Origin: a bacterium
GTDB taxonomy: Bacteria > Patescibacteriota > Saccharimonadia > Saccharimonadales > AWTP1-31
Length of the DNA: 58,920 nt
Direction: 5' to 3'
Assembly: GCA_030426125.1 (NCBI GenBank)
Contig: JAUHZB010000005.1
Location: 1-58,920 of the forward strand
In this document: positions 17,947-27,457 of the stretch, in pieces
How positions within the stretch are numbered: the first letter of the stretch is position 1
How the letters are laid out: every line of letters begins with the position of its first letter
Translations under genes and position numbers: made by a program
The notes under the pieces: generated by a model
What the model saw: only the letters and a program-made list of their open reading frames with translations
What the model was told of the DNA's origin: nothing
Database searches by the model: none

Positions 17947-19866
17947 ATGACTGCAAAAGAAATTAGAAAAGAGTTTTTAAAGTTTTTCGAATCCAAACAT
18001 CACAAAGTAATTCCCCGGGCTAGTCTAGTGCCCCAGGAGGATCCAACGACTTTGTTTACTGGTTCTGGTATGCAACCGATGATTCCTTATCTGCTGGGTG
18101 AAGAATACGCTGGTGGCCATAAACGTTTAGTAGACTCCCAGCCAGTCTTTCGGGCGGTTGATGTTGAAGAGATAGGTGATAGTGAGCATTTAACCAATTT
18201 TGAAATGCTCGGTAACTGGAGTCTAGGAGATTATTTTAAGAAAGAACAAATTCCATGGATGGCTGAATTTTTATTTGACTGCATCAAATTAGATCCCCAG
18301 AAAGTTTACGTAACTTGCTACATAGGCAACGAGAAGCTAGGCATTCCCCGCGACGATGAAGCTATAGAGCTTTGGAAGACAGAGTACCAGAAAAGGGGTA
18401 TTGAGGCTAAGGTCGTAGAACTCGGGGCTGCCGAAAACGGCGATAAGCTAGGAATGCAGGGCGGGCGAATTTTCCTCTATGATGGACAAGAGAATTGGTG
18501 GTCAAGAGGTGGTGATGAAGCGGGCACTCCTATCGGTGATCCCTGTGGCCCAGACTCTGAAATGTTTTATGACTTTGGTGAGCAGTATCACGATGAAAAG
18601 CAATGGGGTAAAGCGCATCCAGCTAGCGATTCACCGCGTTTTTTTGAAATTGGCAATAACGTATTTATGGGCTACCAGAAAAAATCGGATAGCCAATTTG
18701 TGAAATTAAAAGCTCCAAACATTGATCAAGGGGCCGGACTAGAGCGTCTAGCAGCCGCCTCGCTAAATGACCCCGATGTTTACAAGACCGATCTGTTGTG
18801 GCCAATAATCGAGAAGCTAGAAAAGATTACTGGTAAAAGTTATGACCAAGAAAAGAAAGCCCACCAGGTGGTTGCTGATCATATTAAGTCAGCCTATTGG
18901 CTAGCAGTCGACGGCGTGGTACCTAGTAATACCGGACAGGGCTATGTACTAAGGCGGCTAATACGGCGGGCTCTAAGGTTTGGACATGAGCTAGGTATTA
19001 ATTCTGAGTTAGTTAAACAAATTGCCCCAGTCGTAAAAGACATATATGGAGCTGACTATCCGGAGATGGAAGCAAATTACCAGACGGTATTAGATGTACT
19101 TAATAGAGAAGAGCGGATATTCCGTCAAACTCTACGTAAAGGACTAAAAACACTAGAAAAGATGGTTGAGCAAAATAAGTCATCTAGTGGTGAATATGTT
19201 GTTAGTGGCGATAAAATATTATTCCCGATGTACGATACCTATGGCTTCCCAACTGAATTAACTCTCGAAGAAGCATATGTACGCGGTTGGAGCGTAGAGA
19301 AGAATTGGCAAGAAAAGTTTGACCGCAAGATGGCCGAACAGCGTCAACGCTCTAAAACTGCAACTAAAGGTACTTTTAAGGGTGGTCTAGGCGGTAGCAC
19401 TGAGCAGCATAAGAAATACCACACCGCTACCCATTTAATGTATCAAGCGCTAAGGGATGTGCTGGGTGATCATGTGATTCAGCGAGGCAGTAACATTACT
19501 GAAGAAAGACTGCGCTTCGATTTTAGCCATCCAGCCAAGGTTACCCCAGAAGAATTAGCTGAAGTTGAGAACATCGTGAATAACCAGATAAATCAGGATT
19601 TGGTGGTTACCTGGAAGGAGTATCCGACCGACGTGGCCGTTAACCAGAAAAAAGCACTCGGTCAATTCGGTGATCGTTATGGAGAAACTGTAAAAGTCTA
19701 TAGTATGCAAGCTGAAGATGCCGATAAGCCATTCAGCTTTGAAATATGTGGTGGACCACATGTCGATAATACCAAGAGTCTGCACCAAGATGGCAAGAAA
19801 TTTAAGATTGTAAAAGAAGAATCTAGTAGCGCTGGTATTAGGCGAATAAAAGCTAAGTTGCTGTAG
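17947..19866 (+). CDS. alaS: alanine--tRNA ligase (short form, no C-Ala domain)
   Basis: DPTTLFTGSGMQP, FEMLGNWS, GLERL, YDTYGFP, HTATH, EICGGPHV; ends just after GIRRIKA. Confidence 0.95.
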   Translation: MTAKEIRKEFLKFFESKHHKVIPRASLVPQEDPTTLFTGSGMQPMIPYLLGEEYAGGHKRLVDSQPVFRAVDVEEIGDSEHLTNFEMLGNWSLGDYFKKEQIPWMAEFLFDCIKLDPQKVYVTCYIGNEKLGIPRDDEAIELWKTEYQKRGIEAKVVELGAAENGDKLGMQGGRIFLYDGQENWWSRGGDEAGTPIGDPCGPDSEMFYDFGEQYHDEKQWGKAHPASDSPRFFEIGNNVFMGYQKKSDSQFVKLKAPNIDQGAGLERLAAASLNDPDVYKTDLLWPIIEKLEKITGKSYDQEKKAHQVVADHIKSAYWLAVDGVVPSNTGQGYVLRRLIRRALRFGHELGINSELVKQIAPVVKDIYGADYPEMEANYQTVLDVLNREERIFRQTLRKGLKTLEKMVEQNKSSSGEYVVSGDKILFPMYDTYGFPTELTLEEAYVRGWSVEKNWQEKFDRKMAEQRQRSKTATKGTFKGGLGGSTEQHKKYHTATHLMYQALRDVLGDHVIQRGSNITEERLRFDFSHPAKVTPEELAEVENIVNNQINQDLVVTWKEYPTDVAVNQKKALGQFGDRYGETVKVYSMQAEDADKPFSFEICGGPHVDNTKSLHQDGKKFKIVKEESSSAGIRRIKAKLL

Positions 19867-19998
19867 CCTAGCGCCCAACAGATAAGCTGGTGTATTTTAC
19901 CTGGCTAGTTAATAGACCTATACTTAAAGTTATGAATAGTAATCTCAGTGATATTGCTAGTCATTTACATCTTATAATATGATATACTTATACAGCTT

Positions 19999-21294
19999 AT
20001 GCTAGATAAAATACACAATATTCGTGATCGGGTTTTAAGTGCTAAACCCAACAAAAAAGACAATAGCCAGTACCTTGTTGCTTTAGATATTGGAACTGAG
20101 TTTGTTAAAGCCCTAATTGGTAAAGTGACTGATGACGGTATGCAGATCGTTGGCGTTGGCCGAGCGCATCAAGATCTAAATGACATGCAAGCCGGCGCTA
20201 TTTCCGATATCTCAGCAGTGGTTAATAACTGTGATTCAGCCCTTTCTCAAGCCGAGGAACAAGCTGGTGTTAGCACCAAGTCGGCGATACTGGGTATTGC
20301 CGGTGAACTGGTTAAAGGCACAACTACTACTGTTCATTGTAAACGTAAGCATGCCGACAAAGAGCTAGATATTGAAGAAGTTGAGCAGATTATTAGTCTT
20401 GTTCAGGAACGAGCTAAGACTAGAGCTAAAGATCAGCTAGTTTGGGAACTCGGTGGCAAAGACGTTGAGATTAGATTAGTTAACAGTGCCTTAGTAAGTA
20501 TCGAGATTGACGGCTACCCAGTTACTAACCCAGTTGGCTTTACTGGAAAAGAAGTTGTCGTTCAGCTCTACACCGCCTTTGCTCCGATGATCCATATTGG
20601 TGCCTTGGAGCGAACTGCAAAAGAACTTGATCTCGAATTAATTGCCGTAGCTGCCGAACCATTTGCCGTGGCTCGCTCGGTCATCGGTGATGATGCCAAT
20701 GCTAATATGAGCGCTATTTTAATGGACGTTGGTGGTGGAACCACCGATATCGCAGTAATAAATGATGGTGGTGTTCAGGGTACTAAGATGTTTGGTATTG
20801 GTGGTCGGGCTTTCACTAAATCAGTGGAGCGAGAGCTTAGCGTTAGCTTCCTGCAAGCTGAAGAACTAAAACTAGGTCTGTCTAGTGATAAGATTGCCGA
20901 AAACAAGATTAAACCAGTTGAAACTGCACTAAAGAAGACTCTCGACGTTTGGACTAGCGGTGTTGAGCTAGCCCTAGCTGAGTATGACCAGATTGATCAC
21001 TTGCCGCGAAGAATTTTACTTTGTGGTGGTGGTTCAAGTCTAGATATGCTGATGCACCGCTTGGAGTCATCGAATTGGTACAGTGAGCTACCCTTCACTC
21101 GGAAGCCAGTAGTTCAACACATTAAACCGAGCCACGTGGTTGGAATTTCTGACCAAACCGGAACAGTCACTGACCACACCATGATAACCGCTATGGGTTT
21201 ACTAAGAGTTGGCCTAGACACCTTACAACAAGACGGTTATGGTAATAGCGACAATACAATCCGTCAAAAAATTGATAATATGTTAAGAGTATAG
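19999..21294 (+). CDS. FtsA-like actin-fold ATPase
   Basis: ALDIGTEFVK, AEPFA, MDVGGGTTDIA, LCGGGS. Confidence 0.85.
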   Translation: MLDKIHNIRDRVLSAKPNKKDNSQYLVALDIGTEFVKALIGKVTDDGMQIVGVGRAHQDLNDMQAGAISDISAVVNNCDSALSQAEEQAGVSTKSAILGIAGELVKGTTTTVHCKRKHADKELDIEEVEQIISLVQERAKTRAKDQLVWELGGKDVEIRLVNSALVSIEIDGYPVTNPVGFTGKEVVVQLYTAFAPMIHIGALERTAKELDLELIAVAAEPFAVARSVIGDDANANMSAILMDVGGGTTDIAVINDGGVQGTKMFGIGGRAFTKSVERELSVSFLQAEELKLGLSSDKIAENKIKPVETALKKTLDVWTSGVELALAEYDQIDHLPRRILLCGGGSSLDMLMHRLESSNWYSELPFTRKPVVQHIKPSHVVGISDQTGTVTDHTMITAMGLLRVGLDTLQQDGYGNSDNTIRQKIDNMLRV

Positions 21295-21378
21295 TTATGC
21301 AACAGACAACATTACAAAAATTAGATGCAGTTAATAAGGGTACCGACAACGATTCACCTAGTCCGGAGGAATTTACTC

Positions 21379-23142
21379 ATGTCTGAAGCAGCTAAAGACA
21401 CCATATACGTAGATATTGACGATGAAATAACCGGCATTATAGATAAGGTTAGTAATTCTAAGCATAAAATTGTTGCATTAGTGCTGCCTAAACGAGCGAC
21501 AGTTTTTCAGAGCTTAGTGAATATGAAGCTCTTAAAGCGAAGTGGCGATAAGAATAAGAAAAAGTTAGTCTTAATAACTTCTGAGGCCAGTATAGTGCCA
21601 CTAGCTGGAGCCGTTAAGCTACATGTTGCTAAAACTTTGCAGTCTAAGCCCGCCATTCCAAAGGCCCCTAATGAAGTGTCTGGTGAGGTGGATCTCGGTG
21701 AAGTAGATGACTACCAGGAGATGGCTGAGGATCAGGATGATGATGAGAATAATGATTCTGAAGAAGATGAACCGCTAGATAAAGCCAAGCCTGTCGGGGC
21801 GCTAGCCGCCGCTGGGGCTGGTGGGGCGGCACTAGCAAAAAACAACGACGATGATGTTATTGAGATAGATAATAAATCTAAATCAGCTGATAGCCCAGCT
21901 AAAGAATCGGAAAAAGCAGCTGGTGCTGGTGGCTCAAAAGCAAAAAAATCCAAAGATAAGCTTAAAGTACCTAACTTTAATAAATTTCGTAAACGAATAC
22001 TACTAATTGGTGGAGGTGGTGTTTTACTGCTTACACTGCTACTGATGGCTATTTTTATACTGCCAAGTGCCAAAATCACAATAAAGACAGATAGCGTAAG
22101 TGCTAATACTTCGATAAACTTTACAGCCTCAGCAGCTAGCCAGACTTTTGACGAAGAGGCCTCAGTAGTACCAGCTGAGAAGGCGGAGGTTACCAAGACC
22201 GATACCGAAAAAGTACCAGCTACTGGAAAGAAGAACGTTGGTGAAAAAGCTAGTGGTACGGTTACTCTGCAATTAACAGATTGTTCTCAGAATAAGACTA
22301 CCGTACCAGCAGGAACCGGGGTAAGTAGCAATGGTCTAACCTATATTACCCAAACTTCCATTACCTTAAATAAGATTGAAATTGGTGATACTTGTCGCAA
22401 TGAACTAGACCCATCGTTTACTAGCGGTACTATCAAGGTTATAGCTAAGTCGCCCGGAGAGAAGTACAACATCAATGGTGGAAGAGAGTTTGCAGTAGCT
22501 GGTTTTTCTAATGTTGAAGGGATAGATAGCAGTGAAATGACCGGTGGAACCAACAAGGAGGTAACTGTTGTTACTTCGGGAGACATTGAAAACGCTAAAG
22601 AGAAGCTAAAAGATAAGAGTCAAGATCAAGCCCTAGAAGAGTTAACTAAAGAGTTAGAGAGTGATGATATGTTGGTTATCGAAGACTCATTAAGCTCCGG
22701 CGAACCGTCAATAACAACCTCTCCAAACGTTGGGGCTGAAGCATCGGAAGTTACAGTAACTAGCGCCACTGTATACAGCTTATTTGCGGTAAACCGTGAG
22801 GACCTTAGCACTTTAGTTAAGAAAGAGGCTGAAAAAGAAATAGATACCTCTAAACAAAAGATTAGTGAAGATGGCCTCGATGATGCCGTCTTTAGAGTAG
22901 TAGATCGACCAACCCCAGACGACATTAAGTTCTCGCTCGATTCGACAGTTAGTACTGGAGCCCAGTTTGACGAAGAAGAGATCAAGAAAGAGCTATATGG
23001 TAAGAAAAGTGGCCAGGTAGAACTACTGCTTGAGGACCGACCTAGTGTTAATGACGTTGAAGTATCTTTCAGCCCATTCTGGGTCTACAAAGTGCCATCT
23101 AAAGACAGCAAGATAGAAATCGTCATAGAACAGGTTCAGTAG
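21379..23142 (+). CDS. membrane protein with baseplate-J-like extracytoplasmic domain
   Basis: N-terminal IYVDIDDEIT domain, acidic linker, one TM, then ASGTVTL...VPAGT...VIAKSPGEKYNI...MTGGT baseplate-J-like pattern; GGAGG SD before ATG 21379. Confidence 0.7.
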   Translation: MSEAAKDTIYVDIDDEITGIIDKVSNSKHKIVALVLPKRATVFQSLVNMKLLKRSGDKNKKKLVLITSEASIVPLAGAVKLHVAKTLQSKPAIPKAPNEVSGEVDLGEVDDYQEMAEDQDDDENNDSEEDEPLDKAKPVGALAAAGAGGAALAKNNDDDVIEIDNKSKSADSPAKESEKAAGAGGSKAKKSKDKLKVPNFNKFRKRILLIGGGGVLLLTLLLMAIFILPSAKITIKTDSVSANTSINFTASAASQTFDEEASVVPAEKAEVTKTDTEKVPATGKKNVGEKASGTVTLQLTDCSQNKTTVPAGTGVSSNGLTYITQTSITLNKIEIGDTCRNELDPSFTSGTIKVIAKSPGEKYNINGGREFAVAGFSNVEGIDSSEMTGGTNKEVTVVTSGDIENAKEKLKDKSQDQALEELTKELESDDMLVIEDSLSSGEPSITTSPNVGAEASEVTVTSATVYSLFAVNREDLSTLVKKEAEKEIDTSKQKISEDGLDDAVFRVVDRPTPDDIKFSLDSTVSTGAQFDEEEIKKELYGKKSGQVELLLEDRPSVNDVEVSFSPFWVYKVPSKDSKIEIVIEQVQ

Positions 23143-23595
23143 ATGGTCACTGAAGCTTACCAGATTATGGCTCTAGATGTTGGCTCGGTCAGAATTGGAG
23201 TGGCCACTGCTAGCAGTATTGCAAGAGTAGCCAGTCCTTTGAAATATATTGCCAACGATAAAGATGTCTATAGCATCATTAATCAGCTTATTGTAGATAA
23301 TGAAGTTAAGCAGTTAGTAGTTGGTTTGCCACTAAATATTGAAGGAGAACCGACAAAACAAACTGAATATATTAAGCAATTTGTAGAAAAACTGAAGCAA
23401 AGCTTAGATACAAAGTTAAGCATAGATTATGCTGATGAGTCTAGTACTTCTCAGTTGGCTGAGAAGCAACTCCAGGCTGGTAAGAAGTCATACCAAAAAG
23501 GGGATATTGACGCCATGTCGGCAAGCTATATACTACAAAGATATTTGGATGATTCTAGTATTGCCAATGTACCCCAGGAGACAGTAACTAACTAG
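23143..23595 (+). CDS. ruvX: RuvX/YqgF pre-16S rRNA nuclease
   Basis: ALDVGSVRIGVA, VVGLP, DESSTS, IDAMSASYILQRYL. Confidence 0.9.
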   Translation: MVTEAYQIMALDVGSVRIGVATASSIARVASPLKYIANDKDVYSIINQLIVDNEVKQLVVGLPLNIEGEPTKQTEYIKQFVEKLKQSLDTKLSIDYADESSTSQLAEKQLQAGKKSYQKGDIDAMSASYILQRYLDDSSIANVPQETVTN

Positions 23596-23620
23596 CGTCA
23601 AAAAGATTAATACAGGAAAT

Positions 23621-24670
23621 ATGAAGTATAAATATAACAGTCGTCGCAAACGTTTAACCAGAACAGTCCTGATCATCGGGGTTATTGGTCTGTTGATGCT
23701 AGGTGGTGTCTTTTTAGCCCGCAATTACTATTACGACAACCTTGGTTCTGTCAGTCAAAGTCAGAAAAGCGTTAATGTAATTATTCCAGCCGGATCTTCG
23801 TTAGTTGATGTTGCTAAGATACTAAAAACCAATGAGCTAATAAAAAACGAATGGGCATTTAGGCAGTATGTGCGGAATCAAGAGCTACAGGATCAAATAC
23901 TGGCCGGTACTTACGCAATCCGTCCTAGTCAAACAGTTCCACAGATAGTCACCGTACTAACTGAAGGCAAAGTATCTTCTAAATTAATTACTATTCCTCC
24001 AGGACAGCGGATTGATCAAGTAGAGCAGATATTAATCAATGCCGGATTCGACCCTACTGCGACCAAAAAAGCTTTGAGCCCGGCTACGTATCCTAATCAC
24101 CCAGCGCTAGTAGATAAACCAAAGAATGCTAGCCTAGAGGGCTATATTTTCCCAGAATCTTTCCAGCGAACTGCTGAGACAACTCCGCAGCAAATTATTA
24201 AGGCTTCACTGGATGAAATGGCTAAGGTGCTCACTCCTAGCCGGCGACAAGCCTTTACTAAAGCCGGTCTATCCACTCACCAAGCCATTATTATGGCCTC
24301 ACTGGCTGAAAAGGAAGTCGATAGCTATCAGGATAGACAGAAGGCGGTTCAGGTTTTCTTAAGTCGAATAGAGCAGGGCAAGAAGTTAGAATCTGATGCT
24401 ACGGCGCTGTATGGAGCAATTCTAGCTGGTGAAGAACCCTCAGTTACTTATGAGTCCAAGTACAACACCTACAGCAATGCTGGCTTGCCTCCTGGGCCAA
24501 TTAGTAATGTTAGCCTTGATGCTCTAAAGGCAGTCGCAAACCCGGCCAAAACTGACTGGCTATACTTTGTTTCCGGAGATGATGGCATTACCTATTTCTC
24601 GAAAACTTTAGCTGAGCACGAAAAATTGACCCAGCAACATTGCAGTGAAAAATGCCAGCTAAATCGCTGA
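23621..24670 (+). CDS. mltG: endolytic transglycosylase MltG
   Basis: N-terminal TM, LEGYIFPES, ASLAEKE, YNTY..GLPPGPISN, LYFVS. Confidence 0.92.
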   Translation: MKYKYNSRRKRLTRTVLIIGVIGLLMLGGVFLARNYYYDNLGSVSQSQKSVNVIIPAGSSLVDVAKILKTNELIKNEWAFRQYVRNQELQDQILAGTYAIRPSQTVPQIVTVLTEGKVSSKLITIPPGQRIDQVEQILINAGFDPTATKKALSPATYPNHPALVDKPKNASLEGYIFPESFQRTAETTPQQIIKASLDEMAKVLTPSRRQAFTKAGLSTHQAIIMASLAEKEVDSYQDRQKAVQVFLSRIEQGKKLESDATALYGAILAGEEPSVTYESKYNTYSNAGLPPGPISNVSLDALKAVANPAKTDWLYFVSGDDGITYFSKTLAEHEKLTQQHCSEKCQLNR

Positions 24671-24737
24671 TATTAAATCGCTGATAATTAGACCTTAATT
24701 AGATATAGCGATAGATGTTAACTTATTTAGCCAAATG

Positions 24738-24907
24738 TGCTACTATATTGGCGTTAATCAGGTTAAGCATTAGTAATTAACAGATACAGGACTAATCTTA
24801 ACAGGTTAACAATAGAGGTGAATTTGAACTAATAACAGGTAATGTCGAAAGCCTGAAATAACAATTAATAAACCTCGTTTCTATGGTTTCGTGACCAAGG
24901 AGTTAGT
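24738..24907 (+). promoter_or_regulatory. promoter and structured leader resembling the 3' half of a c-di-AMP (ydaO) riboswitch
   Basis: TGcTACTAT -10; GAGGTGAAT...CAGGT/GCCTGAA...AACCTCGT; precedes LysM-CHAP gene. Confidence 0.35.
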
Positions 24908-26053
24908 ATTAGTACACTAAATGAATCAACTAGCACTGATCAAGTATCACGACTAGGTGAAATTCAAACAAAAACCCGAAAGAAATTTGTAAGTCGATTC
25001 AAGGCCCGCACCCGTAAGCGGATTATTCGTTATGGGATTCTTTCGGCTAATGTCCTACTATTAGCTCTAGTAACGGGCTTTATTTTGCGTTCACCAAGTT
25101 CTGGGCCAAAAACTAATGGTCTAGCTATTCAGTCAGTTGAGAACAGCGTAGCAGACAATGCCCTAGACGAGCTGTCTTCGGCAGATATCGCCGTAAACGT
25201 GGCTAGAATTACTAACCTACCGGAGTCATTATCTGTAGTTAACCGTGCCGACTCTGTTAATGCTCAGCTGGCAGTTATCCCGGCCGATGATACTGTGGTT
25301 GCTAAACCGCAGGTAGTCACCACTGAGCTAAAATCCTACAAAGACATCGTTACTTACGTAGTTAAGAAGGGTGACACCGTGCCTAAAATTGCTGAGCAGT
25401 TTGGTATTACTTCTGATTCGGTTCGTTGGTCTAATGGAATTATTGGAAATAACGTTACCGTTGGTAAAAAGCTACAAATACCACCAGTTAACGGTATTGT
25501 ACACAGCGTAGCTTCTGGCGATACCATAGATTCTATAGCTTCTAAGTATAAAGCTAAGAAGGATCAGATAATTGCCGACAACGATTTAGACATTCGAGGG
25601 TTGGTTGTTGGGCGACAACTGTTGGTTCGAAACGGTGACGCAACTCCAGCACCTGTTGCTCCGGTAGCAACTGCTTCAAACTACGGTACTAGCTACGCTT
25701 GGGGCGGTGGCGGTGCAGTATACGGAGCAAATGGCTATGACTACGGTTACTGTACTTGGTATGCTGCCAACAAGCGAGCAGCTGCTGGTAACCCTATACC
25801 TAGTAACCTCGGAAATGCTAGCACCTGGAGAACTCTTGCTCAGCGAGCTGGATTTGCAGTTGGAAATGTTCCTCAAGCCGGAGCGGTTATTTGGACTCCA
25901 CCACGAGATTACTATGGACACGTTGGTTATGTTGAATCGGTTAACCCAGATGGTTCTGTGAATGTATCGGAAATGAACGTTGCTGGCTGGGGTGTTGTTA
26001 GCACTAAGACTTTGTCGGCTAGTGAAGCAGCTGGATACTCATATATTTACTAG
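24908..26053 (+). CDS. LysM x2 + CHAP peptidoglycan hydrolase with N-terminal TM (putative ATT start)
   Basis: YVVKKGDTVPKIA and HSVASGDTIDSIA LysM repeats; GYCTWYA...YGHVGYVE...VSEMN CHAP; frame open upstream of 25085 through a TM segment to AAGGAG-N5-ATT. Confidence 0.85.
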   Translation: MSTLNESTSTDQVSRLGEIQTKTRKKFVSRFKARTRKRIIRYGILSANVLLLALVTGFILRSPSSGPKTNGLAIQSVENSVADNALDELSSADIAVNVARITNLPESLSVVNRADSVNAQLAVIPADDTVVAKPQVVTTELKSYKDIVTYVVKKGDTVPKIAEQFGITSDSVRWSNGIIGNNVTVGKKLQIPPVNGIVHSVASGDTIDSIASKYKAKKDQIIADNDLDIRGLVVGRQLLVRNGDATPAPVAPVATASNYGTSYAWGGGGAVYGANGYDYGYCTWYAANKRAAAGNPIPSNLGNASTWRTLAQRAGFAVGNVPQAGAVIWTPPRDYYGHVGYVESVNPDGSVNVSEMNVAGWGVVSTKTLSASEAAGYSYIY

Positions 26054-26117
26054 GCGCCTAGTATTCAGTATCTTCAGCTATTGCTAAAACGTTGTAAAAA
26101 TTGTACTATATAGCATT

Positions 26118-27398
26118 ATGTTTATAGATACTGCAGACATATCGGTTAAAGCAGGTGGCGGTGGCGATGGCTACATTAGTTTTCGTCACGAAAAATTTGT
26201 CGATCGTGGTGGTCCGGATGGTGGTGACGGTGGTGACGGTGGTGACGTTGTGGTGGTGGCTAGCCTAAACCAAAACACGCTGGCCAAGTTTCGCTATAAA
26301 AAGGAACTGACTGCTCAATCTGGCAAACCTGGCTTCAAACAGAAAAAACACGGCAAAAGTGGCAAGGACCTAGAAATTATCCTACCAGTTGGTACTTCGG
26401 TTATTTCTAAGGACGGGGATATTATTGCTGACCTGGTTGAAGATGGCCAGAAACAGGTTATTGCCCAGGGCGGAAAAGGTGGTTTTGGTAATGCTCATTT
26501 TGTTTCATCACGCCGTCAAGCTCCTCGTCTTGCCGATAAAGGTGAGCCTGGTGAGGAGCTGGAGCTTAGATTGGAGCTTAAACTAATTGCTGACGTAGGT
26601 ATTGTTGGTCTGCCTAATGCTGGAAAGTCGACATTTTTGTCTAGTGTAAGTAATGCTCAGCCGGAAATAGCTAACTATGCTTTCACTACTCTTACTCCCA
26701 ATTTAGGGGTAGTAGATATAGCAAAAGACAAAAGCTTACTGCTAGCTGACGTCCCGGGAATTATTGAAAATGCCAGCAAAGGTAAGGGTCTAGGAATTGA
26801 ATTCTTGCGTCATATTGAGCGCACCAGTGTGCTACTGCATCTAATTGATATTTACCAGGAAGACATAAAGGAGGCGTATAAGACAATCACTAAAGAGTTG
26901 GCTGGTTATAAGATTGATTTAACTAAGAAGCCACAGGTCGTTGCGCTAAGTAAGGCTGAGGGTATGCCCGAGGATATGGTTAAAGATCGCCAAGCTGAGT
27001 TAGCTAAAGTGTTGCCAAAAGGCACTAAAGTATTTGTGGTATCTGCAGTTAGTGGCTTAAATGTTCGGGAACTACTTTTTGCACTAAGAGAAGCTGTCGA
27101 TAAGCAGCAACAAATTCAGCAGGTCGAAGCTGAGGAAAGTGATCAGCTTCCAGTGCTCAGCTTGCCAGAGAATAAGAGTGGTTGGCAGGTAAATAGAAAA
27201 GGCAAGAAACTGGTGGTCACTGGTCAGAAGATTGAGCGCTTTGCCCGGCGAACAGATTTTAGTAATGATCAGGCAGTCGCTAGGCTTAGAGATATTATGA
27301 AGAAAATGGGCATCATTCATCAGTTACAAAGAATGGATATTGAAGTCGATCAACAGATTGTGATTGGTGACCCTAAAATTGGTCAGTTCGATTACTAA
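26118..27398 (+). CDS. obgE: GTPase ObgE/CgtA
   Basis: FRHEKFVDRGGPDGGDGG, GLPNAGKST, YAFTTLTPNLG, DVPG, C-terminal OCT domain. Confidence 0.97.
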   Translation: MFIDTADISVKAGGGGDGYISFRHEKFVDRGGPDGGDGGDGGDVVVVASLNQNTLAKFRYKKELTAQSGKPGFKQKKHGKSGKDLEIILPVGTSVISKDGDIIADLVEDGQKQVIAQGGKGGFGNAHFVSSRRQAPRLADKGEPGEELELRLELKLIADVGIVGLPNAGKSTFLSSVSNAQPEIANYAFTTLTPNLGVVDIAKDKSLLLADVPGIIENASKGKGLGIEFLRHIERTSVLLHLIDIYQEDIKEAYKTITKELAGYKIDLTKKPQVVALSKAEGMPEDMVKDRQAELAKVLPKGTKVFVVSAVSGLNVRELLFALREAVDKQQQIQQVEAEESDQLPVLSLPENKSGWQVNRKGKKLVVTGQKIERFARRTDFSNDQAVARLRDIMKKMGIIHQLQRMDIEVDQQIVIGDPKIGQFDY

Positions 27399-27457
27399 AT
27401 TAGCTATTAATCCATAGCCAATTTCTAATTAGCTGATACATGCTACACTCAAAGGGT

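Noticed and set aside
24660-24687. 14-nt tandem duplication at the mltG stop
   Set aside because: Only two copies; probably local slippage with no element attached
26220-26248. 9-bp tandem repeat GGTGGTGAC
   Set aside because: Encodes the conserved GGD repeats of Obg
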